Part shown: piece after piece, positions 24,801 to 38,118 of the stretch
How positions within the stretch are numbered: position 1 is the first letter of the stretch
How the letters are laid out: every line of letters starts with the position of its first letter
Assembly: GCA_010909165.1 (NCBI GenBank)
Contig: MU008169.1
Coordinates: forward strand, 1 to 64,000
Origin: Anthoceros angustus
Taxonomy: Eukaryota; Plantae; Anthocerotophyta
Reading direction: 5' to 3'
Length of the DNA stretch: 64,000 nt
Made by a program: the position numbers and the translations under genes
The notes under the pieces: generated by a model
Databases searched by the model: none
What the model saw: the letters and a program-made list of their open reading frames with translations, nothing else
Told to the model about the DNA's origin: nothing

Positions 24801-27800
24801 TGGCGAATCACTGAGCCGGGCGATTCGCTCCTCATTGTCTCACCTCCTAAGGCTTCTAAAGCCTCTTCTATTCCGGTGATCACGAGGTGGAGCAGGAGTC
24901 GGAGTGGAGGCCGCATTTGGTGGCCGGGCGATTACCGATTCAATGAGCAGCCAAGCTGCGGCGGAAGACTTTAGAGACATCGTCGGCAAAGGTTCGTCTT
25001 CTCGTGCGTGAGGTGTTGCCACTTTACAACATGGGCGGGTATCGGGACTCGACATGGGTGGACGGTTGTCGATGTTGGGGCACACTGTGTGGTGGGGTGG
25101 GGTGGGAACAGAAGGTTCCCTTGGGAATTGTGTTGGGTGCAAGCATGCTTTGGTGCCACACTTTTGTGCCATATGGCAAAGTACATTTGGCTATCTTGTG
25201 CTAGAGTATGAATGGTGTGAATATGAATTTTGAACCATTTACTTTTATTTATTTTATCATACTTCTTACCTTATAGTATATATATTTATTATTATTATTA
25301 GTATGCTCTACTTTAACTTTCTACTTTTTACTTTAACCATAAAACTTAACTTTAGGTAAGTCTAAATCACTCACTTTACCGTTGACAATTATGCCACGTT
25401 TGGACATTGATCGTCCCTCTCTCCCTTCCTCGATCCTCGCTTCTCCCTTCCTCCCCTCCTCCTCCTCGCCCGTGTCCGCTTGAGCTGCGCTTCTTGCCAT
25501 GGCTCTAGGGAGCACTCATCGTTTAAGGCTCGCAATTTGAGCGGCGGGCCAAGGCTGCAAGATCGGGCTGCCATCGATCTTGAGCCGAGAGATACTCCTA
25601 CCTTGGGGCAAGGTATGGAATTGGCACGATGGTGATGGGAAGCTCCGCGAAAAGGCTTGGGCGTTGAAGCGACAAGTTTTGATGGGTTTGAAGGAGAGAT
25701 TGGGAGGGCGGACGTGTCGATGCCTTTGGCAAGGTCTGAAACGAGAACATAGGCTTTGTATGGCAAGGGACACACTCGGCTCGAGTGGAGGCACGTAGAT
25801 GATCTAGTATACCACATCTATGGGAAACGCCCAAGTGGTGCAACTCACGGTGGTGCCCAGTCCATGGCCTTGGGACTTTTGGTAGAGAAGAAAGCGTGCA
25901 AATGTGTGAGCTGGGCAGCCTTCCTTTGAGGCGAAGAAGGAGGCGAAGGAGGCAAAGGAGGCGAAGGGAAGAACACTGGGATGGATGAGAAAGAGGTGGA
26001 AGTTGAAGAAATGGCGTCGGAGGAGGACAAGGAGGCGATTGCGGCTCTCTCCATAGGGGCCCGGCCGGCTACCTGGCGTCCAGGCCGGGCGGCGTTCGCT
26101 CCTCCATGTCTCACCTCCTAAGGCTTCTAAAGCCTCTTCTATTCCGGTGATCACGAGGTGGAGCAGTCGGCGGAGTGGAGGCCGCATTTGGTGGCCGGGC
26201 GGGCGATTACCGATTCAATGAGCAGCCAAGCTGCGGCGGAAGACTTTAGAGACATCGTCGGCAAAGGTTCGTCTTCTCGTGCGTGAGGTGTTGCCACTTT
26301 ACAACATGGGCGGGTATCGGGACTCGACATGGGTGGACGGTTGATGTTGGGGCACTGGCGGTGGTGCTAACCTAGTTGTGGATGCAGGATCTTTGGATAT
26401 ATTGGCTGAAGGATGGGGTGCTAGTGATTTCCTCGATCCTCGCTTCTCCCTTCCTCCCCTCCTCCTCCTCGCCCGTGTCCGCTTGAGCTGCGCTTCTTGC
26501 CATGGCTCTAGGGAGCACTCATCGTTTAAGGCTCGCAATTTGAGCGGCGGGCCAAGGCTGCAAGATCGGGCTGCCATCGATCTTGAGCCGAGAGATACTC
26601 CTACCTTGGGGCAAGGTATGGAATTGGCACGATGGTGATGGGAAGCTCCGCGAAAAGGCTTGGGCGTTGAAGCGACAAGTTTTGATGGGTTTGAAGGAGA
26701 GATTGGGAGGGCGGACGTGTCGATGCCTTTGGCAAGGTCTGAAACGAGAACATAGGCTTTGTATGGCAAGGGACACACTCTCTCGAGAGTGGAGGCACGT
26801 AGATGATCTAGTATACCACATCTATGGGAAACGCCCAAGTGGTGCAACTCACGGTGGTGCCCAGTCCATGGCCTTGGGACTTTTGGTAGAGAAGAAAGCG
26901 TGCAAATGTGTGAGCTGGGCAGCCTTCCTTTGAGGCGAAGAAGGAGGCGAAGGAGGCAAAGGAGGCGAAGGGAAGAACACTGGGATGGATGAGAAAGAGG
27001 TGGAAGTTGAAGAAATGGCGTCGGAGGAGGACAAGGAGGCGATTGCGGCTCTCTCCATAGGGGCCCGGCCGGCTACCTGGCGTCCAGGCCGGGCGGCGTT
27101 CGCTCCTCCATGTCTCACCTCCTAAGGCTTCTAAAGCCTCTTCTATTCCGGTGATCACGAGGTGGAGCAGTCGGCGGAGTGGAGGCCGCATTTGGTGGCC
27201 GGGCGGGCGATTACCGATTCAATGAGCAGCCAAGCTGCGGCGGAAGACTTTAGAGACATCGTCGGCAAAGGTTCGTCTTCTCAGGGGTGCGTGAGGTGTT
27301 GCCACTTTACAACATGGGCGGGGTATCGGGACTCGACATGGGTGGACGGTTGCTGATGTTGGGGCACCTGTGGCGGTGGTGCTAACCTAGTTGTGGATGC
27401 AGGATGCTGGATATATTGGCTGAAGGATGGGGGTGCTAGTGATTTCCTGCTGATGTATGGGTGCTGGTGGTATGGGTTGCTTGTAATGTTGCTTGTAATG
27501 TGGGTGCTGGTGCACGCTTCTTTTCTTGCTCTCCGCTAGAGGCCGCTCGGTGATTTCGTGCGCTTGGGGGGGTAGTGGCTCTGATTTTGTTCCTCTTATG
27601 CCGCCCATCTTGGAGGTGCTTTCCTATTTTGAGGTGATGCCCACCTTCTTATTCTAGTGTTCTAATCGTGGTGTAAGGGCTTGGTGATCGCGCTTCTTTT
27701 TTGCTCTCTCCATAGGGCTGAGCTCGCCTGTGACGAGGTCACAGAGGGCGACTGCTTCTCGCTCCTCCCTCACCTCCTAAGGCTTCTAAAGCCTCTTCTA

Positions 27801-30800
27801 TTCCGTGATCACGAGGTGGAGCAGGAGTCGGGGAGTGGAGGCCGCATTTGGTGACGCGGAGCCACGATTCCAATGAGCAGCCAACGCGGAAGACTTTAGA
27901 GACATCGTCGGCAAAGGTTCGTCTTCTCGTCTGCGTGAGGTGTTGCCACTTTACAACATGGGCGGGTATCGGGACTCGACATGGGTGGACGCGATGTTGG
28001 GGCACCCGTGCGGTGGTGCTAACCTAGTTGTGGATGCAGGATCTTTGGATATATTGGCTGAAGGATGGGGGTGCTAGTGATTTCCTGCTGATGTATGGGT
28101 GCTGGTGGTATGGGTTGCTTGTAATGTTGCTTGTAATGTGGGTGCTGGTGCACGCTTCTTTTGGCGCACTGCTCTCCCGCTAGAGGCCAGCTTGTGTTCG
28201 CCGAACGGTGTGATTTCGTGCGCTTGGCTGGGGCCGTGGCCTGCTGATTTTGTTCCTCTTATGCCGCCCATCTTGGACAGTGCTTTCCTATTTTGAGGCT
28301 GATGCCCACCTTCTTATTCTAGTGTTCTAATCCGTCGTGGCTGTAAGGGCTTGGTGATGCGCGCTTCTTTTTGCTACCGCTCCCCTCAAGGCATGGTTTT
28401 CAATCGTGATTTTGTGCACTTATGGGGGGCCCGTTGTTTTCGTTGCTCTTGTGCCGCCCATCTTTGACAGGGCTCACCTCTTTCCAGGCTGATGTCCTGC
28501 TGTTTATTCTAGCGTTCTAGCTGTTGTTATCTGACGGTGTTGGTGGTGCCGGTGGTAATCTTCTGGCACTCGTGGATGTTGGATTTAAGCTAATTCGTCG
28601 TGATCGGTGCTAACCTAGTGGTGGATGCGAGGTTGAATAGATTTCTGCGCATCGGTCTTGGCGATTTCCTGGCGATGTATGGGTCTTGGTGATATGGGTT
28701 GGCTGCGATGTTCTTTGGTAACTTTGGATCTTTGATGCGCTGCTAGCGTTCATTTCGATCGTCGTCATCTTCCAGTTCTACGATCGTCGGATCTGTAAGG
28801 GCTTGGTGCATCGTATGCCCATGTGTGGCTACCGAATTTAAGCATAGGTGGTGGGCTCAAGGGGTGCTAGTTGTCTAACGTTGCTTGGATCGATTTCCTC
28901 TTGGCTCTTATCCCACTTCATCTCGCGTGCATAAATCGGTGGGGTGTTAGTGGTTGGTGCAAGCGGGTGCAACTCGCTCATCTTTGTATGATGGTGCTAA
29001 GGTCTCGTCGATCTTGGTTGTCTTTGGATCTTTGTTATGGTGTACTCGTGCTGTTGCCATCTGTTCTTCTAGAAGGTTCTTTGGGAGGTAGGCGGTGAAG
29101 GGTTCGGTCACTTAAGAGTTTTGGTATGTCTGGCTCTACATATGTTGTGAAACACGGATGCTATTGGTTTTGGTTTTCAATAGATGGGATCTTGCGGATG
29201 CCTCCGAAGCCGTTTTTCATCTTTCCAAGTTTCCATCCTTGGTTTTGGTTTTCAATAGATGGGATCTTTGATGCCTCCGGAAGCCGTTTTTCATCTGCTC
29301 CAAGTTTCCATCCTTGGTTTTCGCCACCGGAAGGCGTGGTAAGCGGATCCGTCGTGTGTAAGGGCTTGGTGATCGCGCTTCTTTTTGCTACTGCTCTCCG
29401 TGAAGGCCGGCATGGTTTTCAGGCTGTGATTTTGTGCACTTAGTGGGCCGGGGCCGTTGTTTTCGTTGCTCTTGTCTTGACAGGCTCACCTGTTTCCGGT
29501 GATGTCCTGCTGTTTATTCTAGCGTTCTAGCTGTTGTTATCTGCTGACGGTGTTGGTGGTGCCGGTGGTAATCTTCTGGCACTGGTGGATGTTGGATTTA
29601 AGCTAATTCGTCGTGATCTGGTGCTAACCTAGTGGTGGATGCAGGAGGTTGAATAGATTTGCTGCAGGCATCAGGTGCTGGCGATTTCCTGCTGATGTAT
29701 GGGTGCTGGTGATATGGGTTGGCTGCGATGTTCTTTGGTAACACGGATCTTGCTGCGCTAGCGTTCTTCTGATCGTCGTCATCTTCGGCGTTCTGATCGT
29801 CGGATCATAAGGGCTTGGTGCATGCGTATGTGGCTACCGAATTTAAGCATAGGTGGTGGCTGCGAAGGGGTGCTAGTTGTCTAACGTTGCTTGGATCGAT
29901 TTCCTCTGTTGGGGCTCTTATCCCACTTCATCTCGCATGATGCATATCGGTGGGGTGTGGTTGGTGCAACTGCAACTCTGCTCATGTATGATGGTGCTAA
30001 GGTCTCGTCTTGATCTTGGTTGTCTTGTGGATCTTTGTTATGGTGTACTCGTGCTGTTGCCATCTGTTCTTCTAGAAGGTTCTTTGGAGGTAGGCGTGAA
30101 GGGTTCGGTCACTTAAGAGTTTTGGTATATACTGCTGGCTCTACATATGTTGTGAAACATGCTATTGGTTTTGGTTTTCAATAGATGGGATCTTGCGGAT
30201 GCCTCGAAGCCGTTTTTCATCTTGCTCAAGTTTCCATCCTTGGTTTTCGCCACGGAAGGCGTGGTAAGCGGATCCGTCGAGTTAGTTCTCCTTGGTGACC
30301 CGGGCATTGAAGGGTGCACAGTCACGGTTGTTGTCCACGGTCTAGGTCGGTTTGGTACCCTTGTATTAGAGGACCATTAGTCATATCCGCCTTTTGTGTG
30401 TTCATATACGCACTTGTGTGTTTTGTGTTCAATGTTTCTTCATGAGTCTCACTTGTGGCGGTTGCCCCATCGTCCATGTGTGAAAATATATCCATGGCGG
30501 AGTTGTGCTACTTGCACACCTCCTAAGGCTTCTAAAGCCTCTTCTATTCCAGGTGATCACGAGGTGGAACGGGAGTCGACAGGAGTGGAGGCCGCATTTG
30601 GTGACGCCGGGGCAGAGCGACACGATTCCAATGAGCAGCCAACTGCAGCGGAAGACTTTAGAGACATCGTCGGCAAAGGTTCGTCTTCTCAGGGCTGCGT
30701 GAGGTGTTGCCACTTTACAACATGGGCGGGGTATCGGGACTCGACATGGGTGGACGGTTGCTGATGTTGGGGCACCTGTGGCGGTGGTGCTAACCTAGTT

Positions 30801-33800
30801 GTGGATGCAGGATGCTGGATATATTGGCTGAAGGATGGGGGTGCTAGTGATTTCCTGCTGATGTATGGGTGCTGGTGGTATGGGTTGCTTGTAATGTTGC
30901 TTGTAATGTGGGTGCTGGTGCACGCTTCTTTTTGCGCATTGCTCTCCCGCTAGAGGCCAGCTTGTGTTCGCCGAACTGTGTGATTTCGTGCGCTTGGGGC
31001 CGTGGCACTGATTTTGTTCCTCTTATGCCCATCTTGGGTGCTTTCCTATTTTGAGGCCGATGCCCACCTTCTTATTCTAGTGTTCTAATCCGTCGTAAGG
31101 GCTTGGTGATCGCGCTTCTTTTTGCTCTCCGTGAAGGCCGGCATGGTTTCTAATCGTGTGATTTTGTGCACTATCGGGCCGGGCCCGTTGTTTTCGTTGT
31201 TTTGCCGCCCATCTTCGGCTGTGGCTCACCTGTTTCCGGTGATGTCCTGCTGTTTATTCTAGCGTTCTAGCCGTTGTTATCACCGACGGTTGGTGGTGCC
31301 GGTGGTAATCTTCGCACGGTGGATGTTGGATTTAAGCTAATTCGTCGTGATCTGGTGCTAACCTAGTGGTGGATGCAGGAGGTTGAATAGATTTGCTGCA
31401 GGCATCGTGTCGATTTCGGCGATGTATGGTGCCGGTGATATGGGTTGGCTGCGATGTTCTTTGGTAACTTTGGATCTTTGTGCGCTGCCAGCGTCCTGCT
31501 CAGCGTCCATCTTCCAGTTTCTACCGTCGGATCTGTAAGGGCTTGGTGCATGCGTATGCCCATGTGTGGCTACCGAATTTAAGCATAGGTGGTGGTCATG
31601 AAGTTGTCTAACGTTGCTTGGATCGATTTCTCGTGCTCTTATCCCACTTCATCTCGCAGTGCATAAATCGGTGGGGTGTTAGTGGTGCAAGCGGGTGCAA
31701 CTCGCTCATCGTATGATGGTGCTAAGGTCTTGAGGCTGGTTGTACCGTGGATGTTATGGTGTACTCGTGCTTGCCATCTGCTCTTCTAGAAGGTTCCGGG
31801 AGGTAGGCGTGAAGGGTTCGGTCACTTAAGAGTTTTGGTATGTCCGCTGGCTCTACATATGTTGTGAAACACGGATGCTATTGGTTTTGGTTTTCAATAG
31901 ATGGGATCTTGCGGATGCCTCGGAAGCCGCTTTTTCATGCCGCCCAAGTTTCCATCCTTGGTTTTCGCCACCGGAAGGCGTGGTAAGCGGATCCGTGTGT
32001 TAGTTCTCCTTGGTGACCAGTGCATTGAAGGGTGCCCGTCACGCTTGTTGTCCGCTGCGCCTAGGCCGTTTGGTACCCTTGTATTAGAGGACCATTAGTC
32101 ATATCCGCCTTTTGTGTGTTCATGTACGCACTTGTGTGTTTTGTGTTCAATGTTTCTTCATGAGTCTCACTTGTGGCGGTTGCCCCATCGTCCATGTGTG
32201 AAAATATATTAGGCGGAGTTGTGCTACTTGCACACCTCCTGCTTTGCTGGTCACTAGGCCACCGACCAATTACCCATATCGGACGATCGTTTGGTTCGTT
32301 GACCCTTGGTCATGATGGATGGTGATCACTTTACCTGTGGACATTGATCCGGGTTCGAACTTGGTGAACAATTTGTACATTCTAATGGGTTCCTTATTTC
32401 CGGACCATGCTTGGCAAGCGCTTGACGTGGCCACAAAAGTGAAGGGGAGCTTGCATTGCTCCTTGCACAAGCCGAGGAAGAGGAGGCATTGTCTACAAAG
32501 GCGTTTGCGAGCAAAATAAGTTGAATGACTCGGTTGGTTTTCGACTTTGTGATTGCTCGTGTCGTGGCGGCGTCATCTCGACCGGTTTGTAATTGTGCGG
32601 AGATCACCTCTTGTGCCCAACAATGTACTTGACCACTACTTATTAACGTCTTTGGGCGATTTGAGTGCAGTAGGATGCTGTTGCTCGTGTGAAAGAGCAA
32701 GCGCAAGTGGTGGATGCAGGAGGTTGAATAGATTTGCTGCAGCATCGTGCCGGGCGATTTCGCGATGTATGGGTGCTGGTGATATGGGTTGGTCGATGTT
32801 GCGGTAACCCGATGCCGGTGCGCGCAGCTGCCCAGGTTCTCGCCGTCATCTTCCAGTTCTCTGATCGTCGGATCTGTAAGGGCTTGGTGCATCGTATGCC
32901 CATGTGTGGCTACCGAATTTAAGCATAGGTGGTGGTCAAGGGGGTGCTAGTTGTCTAACCTTGCTTGGATCTGATTTCCTCTGTTCAGGCTCTTATCCCA
33001 CTTCATCTCGCAGCGTGCATAAATCGGTGGGGTGTTAGTGGTTGGTGCAAGCTGGTGCAACTCTGCTCATGCTGTATGATGGTGCTAAGGTCTCGGTGCT
33101 GATGCTGGTTGTACTGTGGATGCTGTTATGGTGTACTCTGGTGCCTGTTGCCATCTGTTCTTCTAGAAGGTTGCTGGGAGGTAGGCAGTGAAGGGTTCGG
33201 TCACTTAAGAGTTTTGGTATGTCTGCCTGGCTCTACATATGTTGTGAAACCTGGATGCTATTGGTTTTTTTGGGTTTTCAATAGATGGGATCTTGCGGAT
33301 GCCTCCGAAGCCGTTTTTCATGCCGCTCCAAGTTTCCATCCTTGGTTTTCGCCACCGGAAGGCGTGGTAAGCGGATCCGTCGAGTTAGTTCTCCTTGGTG
33401 ACCCGGGCATTGAAGGGTGCACAGTCACGGTTGTTGTCCGCCGCACGCCTAGGCCGGTTTGGTACCCTTGTATTAGAGGACCATTAGTCATATCCGCCTT
33501 TTGTGTGTTCATGTACGCACTTGTGTGTTTTGTGTTCAATGTTTCTTCATGAGTCTCACTTGTGGCGGTTGCCCCATCGTCCATGTGTGAAAATATATCC
33601 ACGGGCGGAGTTGTGCTACTTGCACACCTCCCTGTTTTGCTGGTCACTAGGCCACTGACCAATTACCCATATCGGACGATCGTTTGGTTCGTTGACCGGT
33701 TGGTCATCGATGACCGTGGTGATCACTTTACCACCGTGTGGACATTGATCCGGGTTGGAACTTGGTGAACAATTTGTACATTCTAACGGGTTCCTTGTTT

Positions 33801-35039
33801 CCAGACCATGCTTGGCAAACGCTTGACGTGGCCACAAAAGTGAAGGGGGAGCTTGCATTGCTCCTTGCACAAGCCGCTGAGGAAGAGGAGGCATTGTCTG
33901 CAAAGGCGTTTGCAGAGCAAAATAAGTTGACGGCAGCTCGGTTGGCTGTTTCTGACTTTGTGATTGCTCGTGTCGCTGGCGGCGTCATCTCGACCCACTG
34001 GTTTGTAATTGTGCGGAGATCACCTCTTGTGCCCAACAATGTACAGTTGACCACTACTTATTAACGTCTTTGGGCGATTTGAGTAGCCGAGGATGCCGCT
34101 CGTGTGAAAGAGCAAGCGCAAGTGGTGGCACAGTGAAAGTGCCCTTCTAGCCCTCCGGAAAAAGCATGAGGTGCTAGATCAAAGGTGTAGTGTAGTCCAT
34201 GAGTACCATGGAAACCTTTGCCGATTGTATAACCTCGTTGAAGAAGCGACTGTGCCACAATGGGTTCCTGCTCCTTCGCGATGAGGCCAAATGGGCCTCT
34301 TCAAATAACCCTTTGTTACATGTGTGGCTACCGAATTTAAGCATAGGTGGTGGTCATGAAGTTGTCTAACGTTGCTTGGATCGATTTCTCGTGCTCTTAT
34401 CCCACTTCATCTCGCAGTGCATAAATCGGTGGGGTGTTAGTGGTTGGTGCAAGCGGGTGCAACTCGCTCATCGTATGATGGTGCTAAGGTCTCGGTCTTG
34501 ATCTTGGTTGTACCGTGGATGTTATGGTGTACTCGTGCTGTTGCCATCTGCTCTTCTAGAAGGTTCTTTGGGAGGTAGGCGTGAAGGGTTCGGTCACTTA
34601 AGAGTTTTGGTATGTCCGCTGGCTCTACATATGTTGTGAAACACGGATGCTATTGGTTTTGGTTTTCAATAGATGGGATCTTGCGGATGCCTCCGAAGCC
34701 GTTTTTCATGCCGCCCAAGTTTCCATCCTTGGTTTTCGCCACCGGAAGGCGTGGTAAGCGGATCCGTCGAGTTAGTTCTCCTTGGTGACCCGGGCATTGA
34801 AGGGTGCACAGTCACGGTTGTTGTCCGCTGCGCCTAGGCCGTTTGGTACCCTTGTATTAGAGGACCATTAGTCATATCTGCCCCCTTTTGTGTGTTCATG
34901 TACGCACTTGTGTGTTTTGTGTTCAATGTTTCTTCATGAGTCTCACTTGTGGCAGTTTGCCCCATCGTCCATGTGTGAAAATATATCCACAGTGGCGGAG
35001 TTGTGCTACTTGCACACCTCCCTGTTTTGCTGGTCACTA

Positions 35040-35733
35040 GGCCACTGACCAATTACCCATATCGGACAGTCGTTTGGTTCGTTGACCAGTTGGTCACTGA
35101 TGACCGTGGTGATCACTTTACCACTGTGTGGACATTGATCCGGGTTGGAACTTGGTGAACAATTTGTACATTCTAATGGGTTCCTTGTTTCCAGACCATG
35201 CTTGGCAAACGCTTGACGTGGCCACAAAAGTGAAGGGGAGCTTGCATTGCTCCTTGCACAAGCCGAGGAAGAGGAGGCATTGTCTACAAAGGCGTTTGCG
35301 AGCAAAATAAGTTGACGGCAGCCGGTTATCGCTTTCGACTTTGTGATTGCTCGTGTCGTGGCGGCGTCATCTCGACCACGGTTTGTAATTGTGCGGAGAT
35401 CACCTCTTGTGCCCAACAACACGCTGACCACTACTTATTAACGTCTTTGGGCGATTTGAGTACGGGCGAGATGCCGTTGCTCGTGTGAAAGAGCAGCGCA
35501 AGTGGTGGCACAGTGAAAGTGCCCTTCTAGCCCTCCAAAAGCATGAGGTGCTAGATCAAAGGTGTAGTGTAGTCCATGAGTACCATGGAAACCTTTGCCG
35601 ATTGTATAACTCGTTGAAGAAGCGACTGTGCCACAATGGGTTCCTGCTCCTTCGCGAGGCCAAATGGGCCTCTTCAAATAACCCTTTGTTACGTGTGTGG
35701 GAGGTTAGTGCTACTTTTCGTGTGAAACCTTGA
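35040..35733 (+). pseudogene. Coiled-coil accessory ORF-b of C (other copies ~32250-32700 and ~33650-34320)
   Basis: DIDPGWNLVNNLYIL..ELALLLAQAAEEEEALSAK..ESALLALQKHEVLDQRCSVVHEYHGNLCRLYNSLKKRL..; stop at 35733. Confidence 0.5.
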
Positions 35734-35903
35734 TGTTCTTGTTGTTGTTCTAAGATGTACCATGTAAATGTCTTTGTGTGTTCGGTGGTTTGCATGCAAC
35801 GATTTTGTTTTCCTCCCATGTGGGCATAGCTTCCATGATGCTGTCTTTTTCGAGCATTCCACTCCATGTCATCGCCTAGAGTAGGCAGGCAAGTTCCTCC
35901 ACA

Positions 35904-37560
35904 ATGGTGAAAGCCAAAGGGTGGCCTTTACGAGTGCGGTTAATTGGAACCGGCTAGACCCGGGAGCTAGAGTGGACAGAGTACCATCAAGCTGAATGAC
36001 TTCAAGCAATTGGAAGACCGCTTTGAAAGATGGTATAGGGTATGTGGGTCTGGAATTGAAGCCATCTTCCCAGTGCAGCTAGAAAACTTCTCCAAGACTC
36101 TCTGGTGAGTGCACACCGCCAAAATTGTGTTTATGCTCAAGTTCGTACCACATCACATGCCCATCAATTGTTGTGGTTTCTCCTCAGAGTTATAGTCGCC
36201 TTCCCCAATGTCTCCGATTGTTCCCACTCTTGGGGACACTCATGTTTAGAAAACCCCACCTCGGACAATGCGGCCATCACGCTGCTCGCTCCGCCACCGT
36301 GCAACCTTCTGGTGATCACGATGTAATTATGTGCTTCAAACGCCGGACCTGGTTGTGCCAAGAGCAGAGGGCCAATTGTAGTCAAGATGATGTCCGCACC
36401 AGCAATAGTGTGACCCGGTACTTTGCTTTGACCCGGTAGCGAACCGGTGGGCTGTGCGATGGAGCACCGGATCATGCAACATCTTTGTTAATTGGCACAA
36501 CGGAGGTGGGTGAGTTGCCCAAGGAGCTTCCTCCTTTAGAGGAGTGGTTAACGAGGCCATTCAGCATCGAAGGCGCGGTGTGCCCCAAGTGCAGTCGCGG
36601 TGGGAACTCCGTGGTAGAAAGTCCGAATCCTAAAGGCGTAATGGAGGGTCCTAGTGCGAAGTGCCATTGCAAAGTGAGCAGTGGCTGTGTACATGTTGTT
36701 GCGACCCTCGCGATGGATGTGCAAGCAGGCCCTCACGACCAAAATGTCACGGGAGGACAATGTGGTGCACCCAATGGCCCTCGGTGCATGGATGAGGGTT
36801 TGTCAATTGTCACTGGAATGGCAGTTGCTGGTGAACTGGCCACACATGAGGAAGTGGCCCCTAGCACGGGGGATGAAATGGCCACGGCAGTTGAGTGTGA
36901 AGTGGTCATACCGAACACCTCGGAATTGTCACTGCAGCCCAAGGCCCACCGGATCAACTCCAGGTCATCGTGCAGGCAGCCTCCAGGGAGTTGGGTGAGG
37001 CAGAGGAACAGAAGCGGCAAACTAGGCAGAAAGCAAAGGGGAAGCAGGAGCCGAGGCCGGGGCCTCTGAAACGGAAAGGTGGCAAGTCACGAGGACAGGG
37101 GCGGCCAGGAAGATTCGAGCGGCAGTGGAACGTTTGGAACGTCCAGATGATGTCGCAGATGGAGCTACGAATTTAGGTCTTGGAGACACTTTCATGGTAC
37201 TTGCTCCACATGGCAATGCAGGCGTGTCTCATTCTATTTGTTGAAAGCCTTATGCGGACTGAAGTGTTACAAGCAGATTATGTTGACCCTGCTTGGGGAT
37301 GTGAGAAGTTTGACATGGGGGACATAGTTGTGAGGGCTGTGTACTATGAAGTGATGCCTGGAGAACAGGCTGTGTACCAATTGCTAGACAGTGGTGATCG
37401 TGGTGTCCCAACAATGATGCAACGTGACATGGTGCTGGCGTGCAAAATCCCGTTGGATCCAGTGGCCCGTGTGAAGGAGCCCAAGAACTCGGTATAGCTA
37501 TATTGGCTTGCCCCCGAAATTCGGAAGTACCTGGAGCAGGTGGCCCAGGATGCTAGGTGA
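35904..37560 (+). CDS. Accessory gene of C: SWIM-type zinc finger plus a C-terminal domain paralogous to the transposase C-terminus
   Basis: Exon 1 from ATG 35904 to donor GTGAGT 36105; CHCKVSSGCVHVVATL (CxCx5CxH) at ~36662-36705; LGDTFMVL..GDIVVRAVYYE..VLACKIPL at ~37155-37500; frameshifts present. Confidence 0.6.
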
Positions 37561-37985
37561 ATTAGAACTGTTGGTGAGCCTCTTTCATTTTCTATGTCTT
37601 GTGCACTTGCTGCGGTGGACCTCCATGTCTTTCTTTGGTGGGCTGCTTTCATTCAATGCCTTGCTCATTGCGAGTTGCTATGTGTTTGGCTCCTTGGCGG
37701 GACCTATTGTGGAGAGACTTGCTACCAGACAAGCTCTCCAATATCTTGGATGGTGGCTTGTTGCATGTGCGTGGACACACTGGTTAAGTTATCAGACTTT
37801 GTGTGAGTGATCATTGACATATAAGATTGCAAAGGCATGCTGCACATGTGCATGCCAGTGTGTTTGTAAGAGATTTTATTTTGTCTTATCACACTCCTTT
37901 ATACTGGATGACATGAAGCGGGCGAGAACACCAAAATGGGTGGACTGTGACGTTCACAGTACACAAGGCGCTTATGCCAAATCGT

Positions 37986-38118
37986 CCGGGCTTGTGCGTC
38001 GTGTGTCTATGTAGACACCTCAAAGCCAAAGCGACCGGGCTTGTGCGTCGTGCGTCTATGGAGACACCCCAAACCCAAAGCATCCGGGCTTGTGCATCGT
38101 GGGTCTATGGAGACACCT
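37986..38118. repeat. 49-bp tandem repeat x3
   Basis: CCGGGCTTGTGC..GTCTATG.AGACACC at 37986, 38035 and 38084. Confidence 0.9.

Larger units (their letters stand above)
23793..35733. repeat. Staircase of overlapping ~1-2.5 kb tandem duplications in the left part of C
   Basis: The same segments recur repeatedly (e.g. ..GACTTTAGAGACATCGTCGGCAAAGG five times; ..GGTCACTTAAGAGTTTTGG five times); includes a second left TIR at 25135. Confidence 0.9.

Noticed and set aside
25135-25156. Second left TIR as an independent transposon insertion
   Set aside because: It is duplicated together with ~50 bp of B flank and the same TGTT, so it is part of a jump-back duplication.
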